A stretch of DNA of 63,581 nucleotides, filler included. It is 5 parts of 5 records of this genome, joined end to end, with 100 filler letters (N's around TTAATTAATTAA, not from the genome) between each part and the next. Parts side by side here need not be neighbours in the genome. Positions count along the whole stretch, not along the records: positions 8,763 to 38,342 come from SRR20825010_33; 4 more parts are not named here. One strand, 5' to 3'. Below are positions 10,255 to 17,453 of the stretch, one piece after another; the stretch's first letter is position 1; every line of letters begins with the position of its first letter. The position numbers and the translations under genes are program-made. Below the pieces are notes generated by a model, which saw only the letters and a list, made by a program, of their open reading frames with translations, searched no databases and was not told the DNA's origin.

Positions 10255-10291
10255 GACAAAATGTACTTTTGTCACGGACTATCGTCTACAT
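10255..10291. promoter_or_regulatory. C-box-like operator plus adjacent inverted repeat
   Basis: Minus strand 10273-10291 reads ATGTAGACGATAGTCCGTG. GACAAAA-N5-TTTTGTC lies at 10255-10273. Confidence 0.55.
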
Positions 10292-10447
10292 TCTGACATT
10301 TTTGCGTTGTAAAAGCATGACATTCAGTCAGCTATCGCGCTAATGCCAAATTGTTGATAACTCACAAAATCCCTGTGAATAGTGGGGTATAAGGTGAGAT
10401 AAATCTGTGTGCTTGATTTTGTTAATTCCCAATGGCACAGCTATTGC

Positions 10448-10537
10448 CAAAAAGAACAGCCACCCAAACAGGCGGCTGTCATAAAGCTAACTATTATCAA
10501 TAGCCACGTTTTGACCCTAGGCATCGATAATAAAAAC
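10448..10537 (-). ncRNA. Candidate ~90-nt antisense sRNA in the CBASS leader
   Basis: Minus-strand -7 box TAAATTTG (10543-10550) and minus-strand terminator ACAGCCGCC-TGTTTG-GGTGGCTGT-TCTTTTT (10449-10479). Confidence 0.4.
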
Positions 10538-10670
10538 TGCTACAAATTTATGCGAATTTTCCTATTCTCATAATTCCGTCGCGTTCACCTTATGCTATCG
10601 CTCTGTTTCTGTGGCTCTATCCGTTAGGCGGGTAGGTAGTTTTATTTATTAATTAATTAATTCAGAAACG

Positions 10671-10799
10671 ATGAGAAAAATATTACCTCATTTTTTGTAC
10701 GTGAATGATGCTGACACGTTAAAAACTGCATCCCAGCATGGTATCAGCAATGGTGCAGGATACACAATTATTAACCTGCAATTAAAAAAGGAGAACTAG
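10671..10799 (+). CDS. 42-aa small ORF immediately upstream of the CD-NTase (not in the ORF track)
   Basis: MRKILPHFLYVNDADTLKTASQHGISNGAGYTIINLQLKKEN*. AT-rich Bacteroidota-type start context; the stop lies 1 nt before the CD-NTase ATG. Confidence 0.55.
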   Translation: MRKILPHFLYVNDADTLKTASQHGISNGAGYTIINLQLKKEN

Positions 10800-10800
10800 G

Positions 10801-11820
10801 ATGGCAACAGACAGGAATGAACACTTAGAGAAAGTTCTGGCTACTCATGATATTTCGAAAGTTGAAAATCTGAGTAAGTTCGTGGAAAAGAAGAACGGCG
10901 TAAAAAGCGCGTTGGCAACAAAGTTTTCTAAAGAGAAGGCTTCAAATCCAATTGACTCCGGCTCATACGCAAAGAAAACTGCAAATAACAACAAGTTTGA
11001 TATAGACAGTTGTATTCCTTTCAAAAAGAAAACCAAAGAAGAAGAGGACGGGTTCGGTACCTTGAGTGAAATGTTCGAAGCTGTATATGATTATCTGAAA
11101 AATGAGTATGCGGATACGGATAGCGACCTGAAGAAAGAAGATGTAAGAAAGCAAAAAGTGTCAATTGGACTGAAATTCACTATCGACGGCGAAGATTTTG
11201 ATATGGATGTCGTTCCAGGTCGAGAACGCCCAAACCATGGTGATTACAATGATAATAATACAGACCTGAGTCTTTATATCAATCCAAGTAAACGCTCAAA
11301 AAAGGAGGAGGATGAAAATAAGACGAGTATCAAAACAAACATTAAGACACATGTTGATTTGCTGTCAGGTGCAGGGCGTAAACATGAACGCAAAGTAGCC
11401 AGACTTTTAAAGGTTTGGAAAACTGAAAGAAAGGAACAGAATGGTGGTAAGTTGATCAAATCCTTCATGATGGAACTTTATACCAAGGAAGCATTTGACA
11501 ATAACTCAGATGACATTCCCAATGGGATATGGAATAAGGTCAAAATGGTCATGAATCATATTGTCGAAAATATTGAGACGAATAATCTTGTTGATCCAGC
11601 AAATTCGTCAAATGTTGTGTCTGATTCAATGAGTGATACTGCAAAAACAGATACGAAGCGAGAAATGAAGAAGACAATTAAGGAAATTGATGAGGATTCT
11701 GATAAAATTAAAGAATACTTTCCTGTCAATGATGATTACGACAACGACGACGACGACGGGAGCGGTAATGGGGGAACAGGGCTTGGGGCATCTCAGTTAA
11801 GCACTAATAGTTTCGGTTGA
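10801..11820 (+). CDS. CBASS CD-NTase (cGAS/DncV-like nucleotidyltransferase) 1
   Basis: SGSYAKKTA...FDID, RKQKVSIGL, DMDVVPG, RLLKVWK and LVDPANSSN motifs; flexible tail ending NSFG. Confidence 0.92.
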   Translation: MATDRNEHLEKVLATHDISKVENLSKFVEKKNGVKSALATKFSKEKASNPIDSGSYAKKTANNNKFDIDSCIPFKKKTKEEEDGFGTLSEMFEAVYDYLKNEYADTDSDLKKEDVRKQKVSIGLKFTIDGEDFDMDVVPGRERPNHGDYNDNNTDLSLYINPSKRSKKEEDENKTSIKTNIKTHVDLLSGAGRKHERKVARLLKVWKTERKEQNGGKLIKSFMMELYTKEAFDNNSDDIPNGIWNKVKMVMNHIVENIETNNLVDPANSSNVVSDSMSDTAKTDTKREMKKTIKEIDEDSDKIKEYFPVNDDYDNDDDDGSGNGGTGLGASQLSTNSFG

Positions 11821-11821
11821 A

Positions 11822-13975
11822 ATGAGTGAGTTATTAGAAACAGTAAAGTCTTTATGCAGCAATGACAGTTCAATAAAAGTTATTGTAGACTTTGTTGTTC
11901 AAGATTATTGGGTAGTTGGAAAAATAAGTATTGATTGTTTAGGTACAACGGTGCCTTTTAATGTAGAGATACCAACCAACTATCCATTAACTAATCCTAA
12001 TACGGATAACATTTCTATACGTTTCTACAATGAAGACCTAATCGGATTTAATCATATTAATCCGGACGGCTCTGTCTGCTTTCACCCTGAAAAGGATGAT
12101 AATATTGAGCGAAAATTTTTGTCGGAAATAGAAGGAGTTAAAAACTGGATAAACAAATATCTAATTCAAGGTATAGAGGACGAACGTTATACATACATAA
12201 TACATGACATTGACTATAGTAAAAGGCACAAGTTCTTTTTTACAAATGTTGATCTCAAATTTAAACCTGGAATGTATGGACATTTTGTCTATTCCATCCG
12301 TGATGAGACAACTTTTAGTAGAAAAGATCGTGGTGTTGACGTAGAAGTAAAAAGTATGTATCGAATTGGAATTGAATATTCTACTGACTATTGGTCTGCT
12401 CAATTTTCAGGAGATTTATTTGATGACAATCATTTTATCGGCGCATGGTATTTCTTAGATGAGGAACCTGTTGTAAAAGGTGATTCAAACAGAAGAAAAG
12501 GAATAACATCTTGGGATCAATTTAAAGGACTCCTTAGTGATGAGTTTATTAAGTATCTATATGATGGGTTGAGACGGGATTTTGGTAAAAATTATCTAAA
12601 CGATGGTTTCATTTATATTTCCTTTGGTTATAAAATACCCAACAACGAAGGGTATGAAGTGCATTGGGATTTATTAAAAGTACCTGCGGATCAGAATCCA
12701 ATTCAAACGGAGTTGATACCATTAGAGCAACGAACTTCAATGAATAAATACAGAGGTGTATTGACAGATCAAAAAACGCTATGGGTAGAAACTGAAAATG
12801 CCGACTATTCTCGGTTCTTTGGGCGTGGAAAATTAAGTAAGTCCATTACGGAAAGTCATATTCTTATCGTTGGTTGTGGTGCTTTAGGAAGTATGCTGGC
12901 GGAAAACCTTGTAAGAGGTGGTGCAAGGTCTTTGATACTTGAGGATTTTGATAAAGTGGAAATCGGAAATTTATGTAGAGCAAATTTTGATCTTGACAGA
13001 GTAAGTTTTCAAAAAGTAGAAGCTCTTAAGCGAAGGTTGAGTTCCATATCGCCATTTGTTTCCATAAATCAAGTAGATGTTAAGATGAACATTTTTGATC
13101 CTGAGAAATTGAAGGGGCTTCTAGATGAGAATATCGATATAATCTTTGATTGTTCAACGGACTCCGAATTGTTACACATTTTAGATGGCATTAATTATCA
13201 AGGAAAAGTTTTTAGTCTTGGAATTACTAATAAGGCCAAAGCACTTGCTTGCGTCAGTGGTGACATGCTAACTGAGAAAAAACATCACTTGTTTAATCTT
13301 CTTGAAAACGAACCTGCTGATTTCTTTGAAGGAACGGGGTGTGGTTACCCAACATTTGAGGCTAGTTATAATGATGTTAGCACTTTGCTGAATATCGCAG
13401 TCAACAAAATCAACAGAATCCTACAAGCGCAAAATGAATACTCATCTTTTGTAACAACTATTAGGGATAGTGAATCGTGCCTACAGTTTGACACAGTAGA
13501 ATATCTTCGCTATAAATCCGATCAACGTGAGAGGCTCATATATGTTTCAAAACTTGCGCTATCCAGAATGGAAGAAGAGTTAGTAAAGTATTATCCAAAT
13601 GAGTTTGGTGGAGTTTTAGTTGGGGCACGGTATAAAGGAGTATTAATGATTTCTGACATACTAGTTCCTGATGAGTATGAGAATGGTCGTACAAAATTCG
13701 TGAGGCATCCGGGGTCACTTAATGATAGATTAGAAAAGCTTTTTAACGAATCGAACGGTAGGATTGAATATTTGGGAGAATGGCATTCCCATCCTGACCA
13801 AAATGCTGTTCCAAGCAATGAAGATTTACGTACTATGCACTTGATAGCGGAGGACAAAAAAATAAACACAAATTCTCCAATATTACTTATAGGGGAAACA
13901 AGAAAGGACTCAATGAGTCCAAGGATCTATATGATAGACAGTAAAAAATTGATTGAATATGAGCGGGAAAATTGA
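11822..13975 (+). CDS. E2-E1-JAB fusion (Cap2 + Cap3 in one chain)
   Basis: E2: HINPDGSVCFH. E1/ThiF: IVGCGALGS, DFDKVEIGNLCR, GTGCGYPTF. JAB: EFGGVLVG...GEWHSHP...PSNED. Confidence 0.92.
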   Translation: MSELLETVKSLCSNDSSIKVIVDFVVQDYWVVGKISIDCLGTTVPFNVEIPTNYPLTNPNTDNISIRFYNEDLIGFNHINPDGSVCFHPEKDDNIERKFLSEIEGVKNWINKYLIQGIEDERYTYIIHDIDYSKRHKFFFTNVDLKFKPGMYGHFVYSIRDETTFSRKDRGVDVEVKSMYRIGIEYSTDYWSAQFSGDLFDDNHFIGAWYFLDEEPVVKGDSNRRKGITSWDQFKGLLSDEFIKYLYDGLRRDFGKNYLNDGFIYISFGYKIPNNEGYEVHWDLLKVPADQNPIQTELIPLEQRTSMNKYRGVLTDQKTLWVETENADYSRFFGRGKLSKSITESHILIVGCGALGSMLAENLVRGGARSLILEDFDKVEIGNLCRANFDLDRVSFQKVEALKRRLSSISPFVSINQVDVKMNIFDPEKLKGLLDENIDIIFDCSTDSELLHILDGINYQGKVFSLGITNKAKALACVSGDMLTEKKHHLFNLLENEPADFFEGTGCGYPTFEASYNDVSTLLNIAVNKINRILQAQNEYSSFVTTIRDSESCLQFDTVEYLRYKSDQRERLIYVSKLALSRMEEELVKYYPNEFGGVLVGARYKGVLMISDILVPDEYENGRTKFVRHPGSLNDRLEKLFNESNGRIEYLGEWHSHPDQNAVPSNEDLRTMHLIAEDKKINTNSPILLIGETRKDSMSPRIYMIDSKKLIEYEREN

Positions 13976-14780
13976 AATAAAGGAGTTGTTTAAGGGATTG
14001 CAAGATCAAATGACTTCTCAGTTAAACACTAATAGGGATTTTATTAAGCATCCCGGAAGCAAAGGAGACTCACTGGAGAACACTTGGATAGAATGGCTTA
14101 GCAATTATCTCCCCAACCGTTACTGCGTTGACAAGGCTATAGTTGTAGATTCTAAAGGAAACCTAAGTGATCAACTTGATTTAGTTATCTATGACCAAAC
14201 GTTTACACCATTTGTTTTTAAACAAAATGGTATAATGTATATTCCGGCAGAGGGAGTCTATGCTGTTTTTGAAGTTAAGCCAGACCTTTCGAAGGAGTAT
14301 ATTGAATATGCTGGAAATAAAATTGAAAGTGTTAGAAAGTTGTACCGAACTTCAACCTCAATAATTGACGTAGGAGTTAAGAGAAATGCAAGGCCGTTAA
14401 CTCAAATTCTTGGTGGAATCTTGGCAAGTGAAAGTAAAATTAAAACTGAAAAGACCATTACTTCACACGTCCAATCTTTGAAAGGTTTTGAAGGAATTGA
14501 CATTGGGTGTGCTGTAGACTTTGGGACGTTCTATGTGGATTATAGGGAATCATATACACCTTCCGGGACATTAGTAGTTTCTGATATGAATAAAGAAATT
14601 TCGGAATACTATTCCACGAGGACAATTGATAAGGTTCATTTCAGTGATAAGGAAAATTCTCTGGTAGCATTTTTTTTACAACTGATGAGATACCTTCAGC
14701 AGAGCATTGGCACAGTAGCAGCAATTGATTTGAACGAATATTCAAAAGCAATTGGTTTTACAATTGACAAAGAGCTTTAA
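13959..14780 (+). CDS. nucC: NucC-family cyclic-oligonucleotide-activated endonuclease
   Basis: HPGSKGDSLE..W, YLPNRY, SDQLDLVIYD, IPAEGVYAVFEVK, KIESVRKLYRTS and GTVAAID closely follow E. coli NucC as recalled. The ATG at 13959 overlaps the upstream gene. Confidence 0.92.
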   Translation: MSGKIEIKELFKGLQDQMTSQLNTNRDFIKHPGSKGDSLENTWIEWLSNYLPNRYCVDKAIVVDSKGNLSDQLDLVIYDQTFTPFVFKQNGIMYIPAEGVYAVFEVKPDLSKEYIEYAGNKIESVRKLYRTSTSIIDVGVKRNARPLTQILGGILASESKIKTEKTITSHVQSLKGFEGIDIGCAVDFGTFYVDYRESYTPSGTLVVSDMNKEISEYYSTRTIDKVHFSDKENSLVAFFLQLMRYLQQSIGTVAAIDLNEYSKAIGFTIDKEL

Positions 14781-14792
14781 TATCCAACCCTT

Positions 14793-15857
14793 ATGAAGAA
14801 AACCGTTAAATATGCTGGTCGTGGAGCATTAATTGTAGGCATTGGTAATGCGTTGTTAAATGCTATTCAGCAATTAAATTCAATTGATGAAAACCCAGAA
14901 AAAGAATTTGATTGGGGGGAATTGGTATTGGCTGGAGGAAAAGGCGCGCTGACTGGTGCTGCCGGCGGGGCTGTTGTTGGTGGTATTTTGGATTACCAGA
15001 ACTCTAAGGAGGCTCCGCTGAATACCAGTGCCATAATTAATACAATCGTTTCAGATTTGACACTCGATAAGACGAGTTCGGAATATATCTTTTTATCTAG
15101 AAAGGCAGATAATCTCATTAAAATTATTGAACGGGAGTTTCAACGAGAGCTTGGTGGGCATCTTTTAAAAATTGGCTCGACGGAAGATGGAACAGCTCTG
15201 AACTACGATTTTGATATTGATATTAGTGTTCCATTCAGTCCGAATAGCTTTTCATCAGTTGAAGTAATGTATAATGACGTGTATGATTTTTTGAATCGTT
15301 CATACAGCGACGAACATTTGAATATAATTCGAAAGCAAGGAAAATCAATAGGTCTGATTTACACTTACCGTGGTGAAGTAATGAAGATTGACATTGTACC
15401 TTATAAGCAAAGTCGAAATGCAAATAATAAGACAACTGGATATTTGTATGTTAACAAGAATTCTTTGTTTGAGCCAAATGGCTACACCAAAACGGACATT
15501 AGGGCCTTAAAAGCTATCAGTCTCAGTAATAGCCAACAGAAAATTCTAATTGTACTTAAAAACTGGAAAGAAACTAGATCTGTGCCAATTGGCTCGCATC
15601 TTTTGAAGTTATTTATTCTTGATGCTTATGCTGTAAATCGAGGTAATATTCCAGGTCGTTTAACCGATAAGGTAATAATGGTTCTATCTCATATTGAAAG
15701 TGGGATTATGACAAGACGAATCGTAAGTGCTGAGAATACGAATAACGTTTTAACTGACCTTTCCAAAGATAGAAAGAGAGAAATTGTATTGGAATGCAAA
15801 CGGTTACTAGATGATTACGAGTATCAACCAAACTCGATTTTGAAGTATTTGGAATGA
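14793..15857 (+). CDS. Second CD-NTase-like nucleotidyltransferase with an N-terminal glycine-zipper/hydrophobic extension
   Basis: IGSTEDGTA...FDIDISVPF, RKQGKSIGL, KIDIVP, LKNWK and ENTNNV motifs; N-terminal GKGALTGAAGGAVVGG. Confidence 0.85.
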   Translation: MKKTVKYAGRGALIVGIGNALLNAIQQLNSIDENPEKEFDWGELVLAGGKGALTGAAGGAVVGGILDYQNSKEAPLNTSAIINTIVSDLTLDKTSSEYIFLSRKADNLIKIIEREFQRELGGHLLKIGSTEDGTALNYDFDIDISVPFSPNSFSSVEVMYNDVYDFLNRSYSDEHLNIIRKQGKSIGLIYTYRGEVMKIDIVPYKQSRNANNKTTGYLYVNKNSLFEPNGYTKTDIRALKAISLSNSQQKILIVLKNWKETRSVPIGSHLLKLFILDAYAVNRGNIPGRLTDKVIMVLSHIESGIMTRRIVSAENTNNVLTDLSKDRKREIVLECKRLLDDYEYQPNSILKYLE

Positions 15858-15929
15858 AGGGTAGAGGTCTCGCAGTTGATAATTTAAAAAAAATTTAATT
15901 GTAATTGTTCTGAAGCAGGAGAACATTGG

Positions 15930-16265
15930 TTGTCCATTTATTCAAATGATAATATTGAACAGAGAATCTTCATCCAAGAACTCAATCTCAACAAACGACG
16001 CTCCGTCAAAATTCAAGTCGGGGATTTAGGAGAACCAAGCAAAAATCTGTGGGTGTGCCTGGTACTAATCATGGAAGAAATGGAACCAACACTATACCTC
16101 ATTCCAAGTCTAGCACTCGCAGATATGGACGACTTCATTTTCAAGTACAACAAGTTGAACGCGCCTTTCGAGCATTTATCGAATTACGAGATCAAAGTGT
16201 TTAGAAATGGGATGGAAGAATTAGGCAAATACGCTTTTGAAAATATGATAGGGGAGTTGAGCTAA
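15930..16265 (+). CDS. Hypothetical protein, possibly an N-terminally truncated remnant
   Basis: 111-aa ORF with a TTG start; no family recognised. Confidence 0.45.
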   Translation: MSIYSNDNIEQRIFIQELNLNKRRSVKIQVGDLGEPSKNLWVCLVLIMEEMEPTLYLIPSLALADMDDFIFKYNKLNAPFEHLSNYEIKVFRNGMEELGKYAFENMIGELS

Positions 16266-16465
16266 TCTTTAGTAGAAACCAACAATTCCCGAATATCAAC
16301 ATCCAAAATTTCAGCAATACGCTTCAAATCCTTCAAATGTGGCTGAGACTTATTATTGCAAAACGAAGTAACAGCGGTAGTACTTTTACCCAATTCTTCA
16401 GCTAACCATTTCTGTGATTTATCTGTAATGACAAGTACTTCTTTGATTCTATTTATTCGTTCCAT
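16262..16465 (-). CDS. XRE/Cro-like HTH regulator
   Basis: NRIKEVL...SQKWLAEELGKS...NKSQP. A -7 box (TATATTTG, 16471-16478) lies 5 nt before the ATG. Confidence 0.9.
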   Translation of the reverse strand: MERINRIKEVLVITDKSQKWLAEELGKSTTAVTSFCNNKSQPHLKDLKRIAEILDVDIRELLVSTKD

Positions 16466-16511
16466 TGATTCAAATATAGCAACAATTAAACAAAATTTTT
16501 CGAATGAAACG

Positions 16512-16620
16512 TAAGTCTGGCTTATGTTTTAGATAGTTAGACTTGTTTTAAATTAAGTTTAAATTACAGTTTTCATTGCTTTTATGTAAGTTGTTCATAT
16601 CTTTACATAAGTTTAACTTA
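16512..16620. promoter_or_regulatory. Array of five TAAG-N5-CTTA operator-like palindromes
   Basis: Copies at 16512, 16533, 16554, 16587 and 16608, with 21-nt spacing within each cluster. Confidence 0.65.
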
Positions 16621-16634
16621 CACTATTAATAGAC

Positions 16635-17000
16635 ATGAAAAACAAAGACCTTATTATCAGCCTTATCCAACAAGACCTCAAACACAACCAACTTATTATC
16701 GGTTTAGACAATATCGGGCTGCAAGCAGGGGAGAAACACCATTTAGAACTCTTAAACGTAGTTTATGTCCTCATGAAAGTTCCAGAAACAGTAGAAATGG
16801 ATTGGGGAATGACGTACACCAACTACATGAACAAAGCATTGCGTTACAGGATTCAATCAACATCAGAAGGATTAAGACATCAGGCAGAATTGTGTTATAC
16901 ACACTTATCCTTCAGTTTAACGGTCGAACTGGTCGAGCTTCAGTCTTCAAAAGCTGCAGTTTTCTCTTTTTCTAGAAATGATGCATTTGATTGGGCATGA
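16635..17000 (+). CDS. Hypothetical protein divergent from the HTH gene
   Basis: 121-aa ORF with an ATG start in a Bacteroidota-like context. Confidence 0.6.
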   Translation: MKNKDLIISLIQQDLKHNQLIIGLDNIGLQAGEKHHLELLNVVYVLMKVPETVEMDWGMTYTNYMNKALRYRIQSTSEGLRHQAELCYTHLSFSLTVELVELQSSKAAVFSFSRNDAFDWA

Positions 17001-17356
17001 GTATTCTCTCTAAAAAATTACTTTTGAGAATTCCGTTAGGTTTCGTATGGACAATTGAATAAATACTAAAGTCTGTGAGAATTGCTTAAAAAATTCAAAG
17101 CTGTACAATTTATCGTGCGCGCTAATTTTACGGCGTAAGACCTAGATATTTTATGCATCTGATAGTTGAGCTAGAAATTGAAACCACGAGAATATTGAAC
17201 ACAACGAATCAGAACTAGTTCATAGAGTAGCCGAAAAAGACCTTCTTGAAAAAGAATAAGAAGTGTACCAGTTCCACGGTATAAATGATTTTCGTTTCAC
17301 AGCTTAAATGGACCGCGACACACGAGCCTCAGCCACCAGATTATACAAACACCCAA

Positions 17357-17384
17357 TTGCCCTATAATTAATATTATGTTAAAT
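17357..17384 (+). other. dif: dif site (XerC/XerD recombination site)
   Basis: TTGCCCTATAA-TTAATA-TTATGTTAAAT: 11-6-11 architecture, XerD arm identical to E. coli dif, intergenic. Confidence 0.85.
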
Positions 17385-17453
17385 AGCTTCTCACGCCAAA
17401 CTAACAACCTTTCCAAGTCATCCGTTTTGGTAATACCTTCCATCATCCTCCTC

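Larger units (their letters stand above)
9780..17389. mobile_element. Putative XerCD/dif-integrated defence island (IMEX-like) carrying CBASS
   Basis: Bounded by direct dif-like repeats. Contains only regulators, defence genes and hypotheticals, with no integrase or transposase. Confidence 0.55.

Noticed and set aside
10627-10639. GGCGGGTAG as an ops/RfaH element
   Set aside because: It does not match GGCGGTAG exactly and is better explained as a hairpin arm.
10649-10660. TTAATTAATTAA upstream of CBASS as a hidden contig linker
   Set aside because: There are no flanking Ns, and it fits an AT-rich Bacteroidota translation-initiation region.
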